Shown here: positions 28,018 to 36,300 of the stretch, one piece after another
Position numbering within the stretch: the stretch's first letter is position 1
How the letters are laid out: each line of letters opens with the position of its first letter
DNA from: Microgenomates group bacterium
GTDB taxonomy: Bacteria; Patescibacteriota; Microgenomatia; Daviesbacterales; UBA10151
DNA length: 64,000 nucleotides
Assembly (NCBI GenBank): GCA_041659805.1
Contig: JBAZXP010000001.1
Coordinates: 589-64,588, forward strand
Direction: 5' to 3'
Position numbers and translations under genes: made by a program
The notes under the pieces: model-generated
Databases searched by the model: none
What the model was told of the DNA's origin: nothing
What the model saw: the letters and a program-made list of their open reading frames with translations, nothing else

Positions 28018-28455
28018 TTATTCTGAATCTGTCAATGAAGAAGGTTGAGACAGAAGCGCTTGTCTTCTTTTAAATCTATCTTCGATAATTATCATTAAAT
28101 CAGTTTCTCGAGCAGATCTGCTTTGTTCCAAAGGACTGATTTGATCATTTCGCCATCCCGTTTCTAATTCAGAATCAAGATCTTCTCCTGCCTGTATAGC
28201 ATATTTTCTAAAATTTTCATTTGTATAATGAGCCATTTTTATCCAATGATAAGGTTCAATCACACCATCTACCACCTCAGGATAAAGGACTTCCTGAAGT
28301 CTAACTGATTCAGCAAGAGACAAAATTTCGTATGATACCTGATGCCTTAGTGTTGGGGGTACTGCTCTCCATAATTTTCTAATCAACTCCTGGGTAGAAT
28401 GATCCGGTAGCTCTAAATTCAACCCCTCCTCCATAAATTCAATACTTTTTGGCAT
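28018..28455 (-). CDS. Hypothetical protein.
   Basis: It is a 145-aa ORF with no recognisable motifs. Codon usage is typical of the window. Confidence 0.4.
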   Translation of the reverse strand: MPKSIEFMEEGLNLELPDHSTQELIRKLWRAVPPTLRHQVSYEILSLAESVRLQEVLYPEVVDGVIEPYHWIKMAHYTNENFRKYAIQAGEDLDSELETGWRNDQISPLEQSRSARETDLMIIIEDRFKRRQALLSQPSSLTDSE

Positions 28456-28519
28456 TCTAATTGAAAATTATATATATAATAAGACCTAAGTCAATAGTGC
28501 TATTAAAATTTGAATATTA

Positions 28520-28849
28520 TTGGAATTAATACAGTTTGATATTTATTCAATTATTGAAAAGAATAAACTAACTAATATATACTTTAAATCTATGGATGAT
28601 ACTCAAAAAATGCTTCAGGTCATTATTAATGGTCAAAGTTCCCTTAAGCAGGAGCTTACAACTAGAATTGATAAATTAGATGAAAAATTAAGCGGGAGAA
28701 TAGACAAATTGGACCAAAAATTAACTAATAGAATAGACAAATTAGGCAAACAGCTTGCCTATTTAGAAGATGATGCTCCAACCAGAGAAGAACATGATGT
28801 CCTAAAAAAGAGAGTAGATAAAATAGAAAAAACAATCGTTGCAGCCTAA
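28520..28849 (+). CDS. Coiled-coil protein with 11-residue tandem repeats.
   Basis: The repeats are 'RIDKLDEKLSG / RIDKLDQKLTN / RIDKLGKQLAY'. Confidence 0.4.
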   Translation: MELIQFDIYSIIEKNKLTNIYFKSMDDTQKMLQVIINGQSSLKQELTTRIDKLDEKLSGRIDKLDQKLTNRIDKLGKQLAYLEDDAPTREEHDVLKKRVDKIEKTIVAA

Positions 28850-28914
28850 AAAATTACCCTACTCCACTCCAAATAATAGTTGATTCTTAATCTTACTTAT
28901 GCTACTTTACTCTT

Positions 28915-29313
28915 ATGGAATTTGAAGTACCATTAGAAAAAGCTACTGAAATTAGAAGATGGGCAGAAAAAGAAGGAGCTGAATTATTGCGTCCAGAAGC
29001 ACCAGGAGCATTTATCTCTTTACATAGAACCATTCAGGTTATAAACACAGAACCCTTAGTTGTTAGTTTCAGTAGATACGAAGATCTTGATATAGGTGCC
29101 ACCCCAAATAACTCCATAATGAGAATTACTACCAGTGATAAAATAGCACAACAAGAAGGATTTCAGAAAATTATTTCACCTGACTCTCAATCAAAACCAG
29201 AAAGACCTCGTTTTAACCTTAACCCTGTACCGCTTGACCGTTCAAAATTGCCATCTCGAGAGGAAGTTGAGAAAAGCTTCGAAAAGGTGAGACGAGACTC
29301 AAAAAAGAATTAG
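28915..29313 (+). CDS. Hypothetical protein.
   Basis: It is a 132-aa ORF with no recognisable motifs. Confidence 0.35.
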   Translation: MEFEVPLEKATEIRRWAEKEGAELLRPEAPGAFISLHRTIQVINTEPLVVSFSRYEDLDIGATPNNSIMRITTSDKIAQQEGFQKIISPDSQSKPERPRFNLNPVPLDRSKLPSREEVEKSFEKVRRDSKKN

Positions 29314-29456
29314 ACAGAAGAAGAAAACTTCTTTATTCCAATGATCCGGATTTGAATAATATTATAATTAGATAATACATATTCCCTATTCCGATATTTA
29401 TTCAATTATATAAAATTCTAATCTCTGCCTGACTTGAAAATAAATGAATATAATGT

Positions 29457-29627
29457 GCCCGCTTGGAACCAAGGGCGTTAAACGAGGAAGTTTTTGACAG
29501 TAGGGGGAGGTCCGAACACTTTCGGAGGGGGAAAACTTTCCCCCGCTAAGCAAAAACTGACGAGTAGCCCGGCTTCCGCGGGCAGAGTTTTACCACGCTT
29601 TTGCGGTCAAAAGCGTGAAAGAAAAAA
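29457..29627 (+). ncRNA. Copy 1 of a ~172-nt repeated structured element: a closing helix, two conserved hairpins and a 10-bp terminal hairpin. It is a candidate novel ncRNA or recombination element.
   Basis: The three blocks 'gcccgcttggaa', 'gggggaggtccgaacactttcggagggggaaaactttcccccg' and 'cttccgcgggcagagttttaccacgcttttgcggtcaaaagcgtgaaagaaaaaa' are 100% identical to those at 61374-61546. GCCCGCttGGAA pairs with TTCCGCGGGC. The inner hairpins are TCCGAA-CACT-TTCGGA, GGGGGAAA-ac-TTTCCCCC and CACGCTTTTG-CGGT-CAAAAGCGTG. A TATAAT box lies at 29449-29454. Confidence 0.45.
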
Positions 29628-29633
29628 CGGAAT

Positions 29634-31040
29634 TTATCTGACGTCTTTGAGGGAATCTAAGAACTCCTTGTTAGAATCTGTTTTGGAGATTCTTTCCAAC
29701 ACAGCTTCTGTTCTCTGATCTGGGGGAAGCAGAGAAACCATTCTTCTGGTAACCACAATTTTCTTATATTCTTCTTCTACAAACAGTAGTTGTTCCTGTC
29801 TGGTTCCGGAAGCTTCAATATTAATAGCAGGGAAAATTCTTCTTTCAGCCAGACTTCTGTCCAAGTGGAGCTCCATGTTACCTGTTCCTTTGAATTCCTC
29901 ATAAATCAAGTCATCCATTCTGGAACCTGTATCAACCAAAGCTGTACCAATAATAGTTAAAGATCCACCTTCTTCACAGTTTCTGGCAGCACCAAAGAAT
30001 CTTTTTGGAGGATACAATGCTGCAGGATCAAAACCTCCGGTTAAAGTTCTTCCTGAAGGAGGTACAGACAGGTTATAAGCACGCCCCAATCTGGTAATGG
30101 AATCCAAGAGTATAACCACATCTTTGCCTTCTTCTACCAGCCTTTTAGCCCGTTCCAGGGCAATCTCTGCAGCAGTTGTTTGATCTTCAGCTGCTTCATC
30201 AAAGTTGGATGAAATAACATCACCTTTAATAGACCTTGAAAGATCAGTTACTTCTTCCGGTCTCTCACCTACTAATACTGCCATTAAGATAACTTCAGGA
30301 TGGTTTTTGGTAATTCCGGCAGCAATATCTTTTAAGATGGTTGTTTTACCAGCTTTCGGAGGAGATACAATTAATCCTCTTTGTCCGAATCCGATCGGAG
30401 ACATCAAATCAATCACTCTTTGGGATAATGGGAATTTGCCTGTTTCCAGCTTTAATAATTTGTTTGGGTAAATTGCTGTTAAGTCTTCAAATTTTGTTCT
30501 TTTGGGAGCATTTCTTCCGCCATCTACATTAACAAATTTTTCTGCGTCTACCCCATTGATGGTTGAAACCTGCAATAAACCAAAATATCTTTCATTTTCC
30601 TTTGGTTGTCTGGCAGCTCCGGTGACTAAATCACCCATTCTGAGGTTAAATCTGCGGATTTGAGAAGCAGAAATATAAACATCTCTGTCTGAAGGAGTAT
30701 ATTTTGGTCGCAAGAATCCATGTCCTTCAGACATGATATCCAAAATTCCTGAAACATCTTCTGTGGGAACGTCTCTGTTGTCTCGCTCTGAGTATCCATT
30801 ATTACCTCCGTTATATCTTGGTCTATAACCACTTTGCTGATATCCTGATCCACCATTATTCTGCTCTTCTGGTTTCCGATCTTCTGATGTTCCGATATTC
30901 CGGTCTTCCGCAATTGGAGCCCCCACCACTTCATCCACATCAACTTTGGCCTCGTCAGAGGTCTTGTCAGTTAAATCTTTTGGTTTAAAAGAACGAGTAT
31001 TTGGCATATCTAATGAAATAAAATTCTTTTTGGGAATCAA
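29634..31040 (-). CDS. rho: Transcription termination factor Rho, with a low-complexity N-terminal insertion.
   Basis: The Rho RNA-binding (cold-shock-like) domain is '[15 protein letters not shown]...[22 protein letters not shown]'. Walker A is '[19 protein letters not shown]'. The Q- and R-loop region is present. The insertion is '[26 protein letters not shown]'. Confidence 0.9.
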   Translation of the reverse strand: MIPKKNFISLDMPNTRSFKPKDLTDKTSDEAKVDVDEVVGAPIAEDRNIGTSEDRKPEEQNNGGSGYQQSGYRPRYNGGNNGYSERDNRDVPTEDVSGILDIMSEGHGFLRPKYTPSDRDVYISASQIRRFNLRMGDLVTGAARQPKENERYFGLLQVSTINGVDAEKFVNVDGGRNAPKRTKFEDLTAIYPNKLLKLETGKFPLSQRVIDLMSPIGFGQRGLIVSPPKAGKTTILKDIAAGITKNHPEVILMAVLVGERPEEVTDLSRSIKGDVISSNFDEAAEDQTTAAEIALERAKRLVEEGKDVVILLDSITRLGRAYNLSVPPSGRTLTGGFDPAALYPPKRFFGAARNCEEGGSLTIIGTALVDTGSRMDDLIYEEFKGTGNMELHLDRSLAERRIFPAINIEASGTRQEQLLFVEEEYKKIVVTRRMVSLLPPDQRTEAVLERISKTDSNKEFLDSLKDVR

Positions 31041-31097
31041 AAGCTAGGAGCCTAGCTTAATAAGTATTATCCCATATCTGCTCAAGGCTGTCAACAA

Positions 31098-32447
31098 TTA
31101 ACGTTGCAGACTGGCTGGTAAATCTGCAGCTCCTTTGATCACTCCATTTTGAATCAAAATTTGAAGCAATAATGAATAATCAAAAGTATTGACTACTCCG
31201 TCAAGGTTAATATCTGCTTTTCCTGCCTCTGCACCTGTTTTTGCCCATCTTGATAATAAGGCACTCATATCAACCAGAGTAATCTTCCCATCTCCATTAA
31301 CATCACCTTTCATACCAGCTGGGGTTGGAGTTGGTGTTGGTGTTGATGGAACAACGCCAATAGTTGAATCAGCAAAAGGAACACTTCCGAATGTTTGTCC
31401 TGTTTTTCGGTTAATTTGATCTGCGAAATTTCCATCATAATGCCATAAGGCCAGTGTATTTGCGTCTTCAACAAACGGTGTAGCCGGTGGAGTAAAATCA
31501 CCTGCATATCTTGCATTATTGCTAAATCTAATCTCATCAATATCCCCGTTAAACCCTTTATATGCGGTACCAAGACCGGAAATATTATCAGGCGTTCCTC
31601 CAATATAAAGAGTTCCTTGACTAGAATTATCTAATAGTGCTCCTGCTATAGGACCTTGTGTTGCAGTCAATTTTCCATTTATAAATGTTCTAAAAGTGCC
31701 CTGATCAAATACCATAGCTACATGATACCAACCACTACCTTTATAAGAAGCACCCAGTTCAGGTGCCCCTCCTGCACACATTATACGTGCAGTAGATGTC
31801 ACGCTGACACAAAAGACTACATTACCTGGTTTTTGTAATGAGATAAAATATTGATATTCCCCTGGATTATTACCACTACCCTTAAGCTTCATTAAAATGA
31901 CTCCGTCAGTATTAACCACTGGTTTTATCCAAGCCTCAGCTGTAATCTTGTTCAACTGATTTAGACCTATAACATCCTGGTTAAGAAGTTCAATTCTGTT
32001 GCTTCCTTTGCCATCAGGATTCTTGAATGTTATTGCCTTACCAAAGGCTGATACAGGTGCACCAGTTGGAGTCGGAGTTGCTGGATTTTCTATTTTAACT
32101 GAAAAATCTCTTCTCAAAAACAGTATATTTGTACTGTCCGAATTTCTGTAAATTGAAGCGTCGGGAGTAAAAGTAATATTCGCTACACCGGCTTTTTTAG
32201 CAGTAAAATCAATTTCCATCATTTGTCCTGGAAGTTGGTTAGGAATTGTTTGATATCCTGGAGATGGCACTCCACCCACTACAGAAATAACACCCGCAGT
32301 ATTATCAAAAGTATTTTCAATCCAATTTTTAATAAAATTTGTGGCTGTTGTACTAGTATTAATGCTCTTCACTTGTAGAAGATCTGCTGGAAATTTAAGT
32401 TTAGCAGCAAAAAGATTTGAGGCTTCTACATCTGATCTAACAATCAC
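31098..32447 (-). CDS. Surface protein with a cohesin-like N-domain, a LamG/concanavalin-A-like domain, a PT linker and a dockerin-type double Ca-binding repeat. It has a GTG start and lacks its own signal peptide.
   Basis: The LamG-like block is 'GEYQYFISLQKPGNVVFCVSVTS...WYHVAMVFDQGTFRTFINGKL'. The linker is 'STPTPTPTPA'. The dockerin repeats are 'DVNGDGKITLVD' and 'DINLDGVVNTFD'. Confidence 0.6.
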   Translation of the reverse strand: MIVRSDVEASNLFAAKLKFPADLLQVKSINTSTTATNFIKNWIENTFDNTAGVISVVGGVPSPGYQTIPNQLPGQMMEIDFTAKKAGVANITFTPDASIYRNSDSTNILFLRRDFSVKIENPATPTPTGAPVSAFGKAITFKNPDGKGSNRIELLNQDVIGLNQLNKITAEAWIKPVVNTDGVILMKLKGSGNNPGEYQYFISLQKPGNVVFCVSVTSTARIMCAGGAPELGASYKGSGWYHVAMVFDQGTFRTFINGKLTATQGPIAGALLDNSSQGTLYIGGTPDNISGLGTAYKGFNGDIDEIRFSNNARYAGDFTPPATPFVEDANTLALWHYDGNFADQINRKTGQTFGSVPFADSTIGVVPSTPTPTPTPAGMKGDVNGDGKITLVDMSALLSRWAKTGAEAGKADINLDGVVNTFDYSLLLQILIQNGVIKGAADLPASLQR

Positions 32448-32491
32448 AAAAAGCCTAAAATCAGACCCAGGAGCAACAGAGGTTGGACCTT

Positions 32492-32683
32492 TTAAGGTGA
32501 AACTTGTTCAGGACCAGAAATGAGCATAGCACCAGTGGAAGCTTTAGGTTTGAAGATTTGAGTTTGTTGGACTAAATAAACACCTATGGGAATGGCAATA
32601 ACCAGCAAAATCAGGACACCCAAGCCAATTGCTGTTTTTTTGTTGAACTTAAAACCGGAACCTGATACAACTTGCTCTTCCAT
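32492..32683 (-). CDS. Signal-anchor fragment. It is probably the displaced N-terminus of the 31098..32447 protein, consistent with a frameshift or a split gene.
   Basis: 'MEEQVVSGSGFKFNKKTAIGLGVLILLVIAIPIGVYLVQQ' is a TM or signal anchor. It ends 44 nt upstream of the GTG start at 32447 and is in a different frame. Confidence 0.3.
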   Translation of the reverse strand: MEEQVVSGSGFKFNKKTAIGLGVLILLVIAIPIGVYLVQQTQIFKPKASTGAMLISGPEQVSP

Positions 32684-32753
32684 TTGTTATTTCATAATCA
32701 CTTAAAATTAAACCCTTTGTCAAGACCTTAGTAATTGTTTATGCTAAACAAAG

Positions 32754-33857
32754 ATGATTATTCAACCACTACTCTATTTTTTACTGTTTGGGCTGATGCT
32801 TTTTATCATTCCTTTCAGCATCAGCCCTTATGAAGTGCCCAAAGTTATAACAGCTATATTATTCATCATAATTATTGGGTCTATAACTATTTTCCAAAAT
32901 TTTCATAATCTTATTAATTTTAAAAACAAATATTTTTTGATTTTTTTATACTTGATACTTTCTACTTTATACTTTCTACTTATCGACCCCTCTCTTATCT
33001 GGGGTAATGAAACCCGCCCACAAGGCACACTCATTTATTTAAGCCTGTTTTTATTATTCTTAGCAGCTAAAAAATTGCCTTTTGACCTGAAGTTAGTTTC
33101 AAAAATTACCTCTTTTACCCTGCCTGTTTTGTTGCTGTTTACTCTAATTATTGGGCCCAGGGCATCTTTTCGTTTCATCGGCCCTCTGGGTGAAGCAAAT
33201 GCCTTAGGAACAGCTGTGCTGTTTTTATTTCCTTTTACCAGCCTCATCAAGAATCAAAAACTAAAATACCTGGGTATTTTTTGTGCTGCTATTTTAATCT
33301 TAATGTGCGGTTCCAGAATCGCCCTATTAGCTTTTGTACTAGAGACTTTAATTATTTATTTTAGAAAATTCAGACTGATATTTATTCCGGGAATAATAGT
33401 TACAGCTTTAATTTTTATTTTTGCTTTAATTTTTCCTTTTCTACCCCGCCAAATTCCTGATAATTTAAGCTTAAGGTTTGAGAGCAGAACAGATATCTGG
33501 ACAGTTTCCTATCAGGCTGGATTTGACTCACCTATTTTGGGTCAGGGATTTGGTTCAATGGAAGATTCAATAAATAAAAAGGCCTGGGAAACAAAGAATT
33601 TTATCAGATTCCAGGCTGTTGATAGTGCTCATAATTTATTCCTAAATTGGTGGATTATGGGAGGGTTGGTGGGAGTGTTAATCATAACCAGTTTAATCAC
33701 AATAGCTTTAAGAAATTTTTACCTTCAAAAAAACTGGATATTTTTATCAATTTTGATAGGATTGCTAACGGTTCAGCTTTTTAATCCTGTCAGCATTGTT
33801 TCCCTGGTCCAATTCTGGTGGATTTTAGGCATGGGTTTTCAAAACAAGACCACATAA
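32754..33857 (+). CDS. O-antigen ligase (Wzy_C) family membrane protein.
   Basis: It has about 10 TM helices. 'GSRIALLAF' and the periplasmic loop 'ILGQGFGSMEDS' fit the ligase G.G.G.F pattern. Confidence 0.5.
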   Translation: MIIQPLLYFLLFGLMLFIIPFSISPYEVPKVITAILFIIIIGSITIFQNFHNLINFKNKYFLIFLYLILSTLYFLLIDPSLIWGNETRPQGTLIYLSLFLLFLAAKKLPFDLKLVSKITSFTLPVLLLFTLIIGPRASFRFIGPLGEANALGTAVLFLFPFTSLIKNQKLKYLGIFCAAILILMCGSRIALLAFVLETLIIYFRKFRLIFIPGIIVTALIFIFALIFPFLPRQIPDNLSLRFESRTDIWTVSYQAGFDSPILGQGFGSMEDSINKKAWETKNFIRFQAVDSAHNLFLNWWIMGGLVGVLIITSLITIALRNFYLQKNWIFLSILIGLLTVQLFNPVSIVSLVQFWWILGMGFQNKTT

Positions 33858-33860
33858 TGA

Positions 33861-34307
33861 TTATTGGCTTTGTTTACCAATAACAGGCAGATAGGATTGA
33901 TTTAATACAGCTCTTCCAAATGAACCATTAGGCTGAACTTCCCACCGAACAGACTGATCCCATAATTCATGAGTAATTGGGGTAAATTTAGACCAATTTC
34001 TTGCTTCCGGTATCAGATAATGACAATTATCTCCATATTCATCAGGTTCAGTATTGCAAATAGGATAATAAGGGACTTCATCGCTTCCAAGTTCTATCAC
34101 AAAAGATGGTTCAGATCCCGGGAAATGCCTGTAATAACTAATCCTGATCCCTTCCTCAAAATCGCGTAAAGTATAAGCTGATTCGATAGTATTAGACGTG
34201 TTCGCGCTGACTTCCGAACTTCTGTCGGAATTTAATGCTAACCCAACTCCTGCAATTGCTCCGACAAGTGCTAGTCTTAAAAATTTATCCTTTATTCTTT
34301 CCATTGA
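33861..34307 (-). CDS. Hypothetical secreted protein. The start is set at the internal Met that precedes a signal or TM segment; the longer 33861..34463 ORF overlaps the upstream gene.
   Basis: 'MERIKDKFLRLALVGAIAGVGLALNS' is signal-peptide-like. The upstream extension would overlap 34396..36300 by 68 nt. Confidence 0.35.
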   Translation of the reverse strand, partial: SMERIKDKFLRLALVGAIAGVGLALNSDRSSEVSANTSNTIESAYTLRDFEEGIRISYYRHFPGSEPSFVIELGSDEVPYYPICNTEPDEYGDNCHYLIPEARNWSKFTPITHELWDQSVRWEVQPNGSFGRAVLNQSYLPVIGKQSQ

Positions 34308-34395
34308 TTGATATTCTACAACAGGTTCACTATCTTTAGTAGGTTTTAGGTTTGAGTTCGGCGTTTTTGGAAACAAAGAGTAACAAAAGTACCCA

Positions 34396-36300
34396 TTAAG
34401 ATAATCTTGCTTTTTCCCTTTTATTCTGGCACATTCTGGCTGCATATCCTGCTGTTGCCTCAAATGAGCGCATCCAGCTGTTGTGGGGTAAAGTTACAAT
34501 CTCAGTATATACTCCCCAATCAGTCGCTTTTTTCATAAAGGTAGTAACTAATGTATCATCCTCTAACTCGTAATCATGCACACCGGCATAACTTTGCACG
34601 ATAGGATCTGTTATCAAATGTTTAAAATAGCGGAGAAAGGTTTTAAAATCCTTTTGTGGACTGGCAGATTGAACCTGGTTATATACATGTTCGATAAACT
34701 TCGTCATACCATGAAGGTTTTGTGATTGAGAAAGGTATGGTAGCGCAGCCGGATTTACAGGACGTTTACCTGATAACAAAAACGTAGAAGACATCTCCCG
34801 ATTACCATTGGCAAGAAAAACATCATAAGCCAAATCATTTGGACTATCATATGTAATTTTTGTTGCATTCGTTTTATGCGTAAAGTTATGTGCTCCGCGC
34901 AAAAGCATTCTTGCAAAAGCTGTACCTGTTATTAATTGAAATAAAACATTTTTTTCAGTTTTACTGTTAACTAATGTTGACGCCAGTTTACTATCTGTTG
35001 CAATAATCTTTTCTCCAGCCTCACCTAATTCCTGACTCATTAAAAGCAATTGTTGTGCAGTTTGATTTCCTTTGTCTGCATCTTTTTTTAACTCTGCGAT
35101 CATCTTGGGATTAAGTATTTGATCAAGGAAAAAAGAGTTTGGTGATCCGGAATTTAAGTACCCATTAATAGTCACATCCAAGGCGTATTTTTCTAAATCT
35201 TGTTGATTCTTAACAAACATGCTCATATTATCTTTCAGATTCATATCCAAAATATTAGCCCAAAAGAGTGTAGTTCTTTTAAATTGATAAGAGTCAACAC
35301 TGCCATCCTCTGCCAAAAGAATATTTTTTAATTTCTCTTCTTCAAAAAATTTACCCAAATACGCTCTAACTTCAGGAGACTCTTGAACAGTCGTCGCCAC
35401 CTGATCCATTTGTGTTTCAAAATCAGTATATTGATCTAAATATGCTCCGTACTGGGCAAAAAATTCAGATGACTGTTCTTTTAATTGCACAGCTATCTCT
35501 GGCCATTTTTGAGGTAACGATTTTTCTAAATCCTTTAAAGCCTGGGCAATAACAACTGTTTCCATATCATGAATACCCATTGTTACCATACCTTCTAATC
35601 GTGCGAGTCCATATAATTGCGTAGAATTATCTTGCATTCCAGATTGTCTTAATACGCCTATCATCTTATCTGTAATAGAAGGGCCTACAATACGAACCCC
35701 CATACGGATTTGTTCATCTGTGATATCTCTTAAATAATCATTTTTTGTAGCTGTGGCATCACCAGAAATTGTGAACATTAGGAGTGCGGCGGGAAAATCA
35801 ATCTCCATTAAGTCTGCCCATTTCTTCATACCTCCGAAGAACTTTTCACAATGAGCTGTAAAGTCTTTTTCCTGTTCTCCTTTTGATTTAGTCTGATCAG
35901 GAACAAAATACCAATTGGCGAGTCTTGCAGGCCGCTGAATAACAGTATAAAAGGCGTCCGGATTTATTGTATGCGGGTACTGCTCTTCTAGTTTCAACGC
36001 CTTAAAAAGCTCGTTTGAAGATTGTTGTGATAGCATCTCCCGGGGGTTAGACGGTTTATATAAATAGGGCTCAGCATCAGGCAATCTATGTGCTATAAAA
36101 CCCAATTCATCTGAATGTTTTTCCACTTGATTCCTTGCTATCTTTACACCAAACAATGTTGCCGCAGCTGCTGCTAAACCAGCCCCTCCAAATTGTAAAA
36201 AACTTCTTTTGGTAATTTTTCTGCTTAATATGTTTCCCTCTTTTGGAACTACTCCAACAGCAGCTTCAGATAATTGAATTGCGTCGTTACTTTCTTCCAT
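34396..36300 (-). CDS. Hypothetical exported protein with a Tat-like (KR) signal.
   Basis: The N-terminus is 'TKRSFLQFGGAGLAAAAATLFG'. The rest of the 634-aa protein has no recognisable catalytic motif. Confidence 0.4.
   Translation of the reverse strand: MEESNDAIQLSEAAVGVVPKEGNILSRKITKRSFLQFGGAGLAAAAATLFGVKIARNQVEKHSDELGFIAHRLPDAEPYLYKPSNPREMLSQQSSNELFKALKLEEQYPHTINPDAFYTVIQRPARLANWYFVPDQTKSKGEQEKDFTAHCEKFFGGMKKWADLMEIDFPAALLMFTISGDATATKNDYLRDITDEQIRMGVRIVGPSITDKMIGVLRQSGMQDNSTQLYGLARLEGMVTMGIHDMETVVIAQALKDLEKSLPQKWPEIAVQLKEQSSEFFAQYGAYLDQYTDFETQMDQVATTVQESPEVRAYLGKFFEEEKLKNILLAEDGSVDSYQFKRTTLFWANILDMNLKDNMSMFVKNQQDLEKYALDVTINGYLNSGSPNSFFLDQILNPKMIAELKKDADKGNQTAQQLLLMSQELGEAGEKIIATDSKLASTLVNSKTEKNVLFQLITGTAFARMLLRGAHNFTHKTNATKITYDSPNDLAYDVFLANGNREMSSTFLLSGKRPVNPAALPYLSQSQNLHGMTKFIEHVYNQVQSASPQKDFKTFLRYFKHLITDPIVQSYAGVHDYELEDDTLVTTFMKKATDWGVYTEIVTLPHNSWMRSFEATAGYAARMCQNKREKARLS

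Noticed and set aside
29545-29575. Hammerhead-ribozyme-like 'CUGACGAG' cores appear in copy 1 of the structured element (~29557) and in the GC-rich island (~19801).
   Set aside because: No stem II follows immediately after either core. The GAAA plus stem III arrangement and the cleavage-site context are missing. The motif falls in the variable segment and is absent from copy 2.
29600-29640. A Rho-independent terminator for rho on the minus strand formed by the 10-bp CACGCTTTTG...CAAAAGCGTG hairpin.
   Set aside because: On the minus strand the T-run lies 5' of the hairpin, not 3' of it, so it does not have terminator geometry for rho. On the plus strand the hairpin is followed by an A-rich rather than a U-rich tract.
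29494-29718. The six-frame ORFs 29494..29718 and 61385..61651 both encode '...SAGRVLPRFCGQKRERK...' and could be read as a conserved small protein family.
   Set aside because: The shared peptide only reflects the three nucleotide blocks that are 100% identical in the repeated element. The segments between them are unrelated at the protein level, and the ORFs have no plausible starts or RBS context. I treat the locus as a nucleic-acid element, not a CDS.
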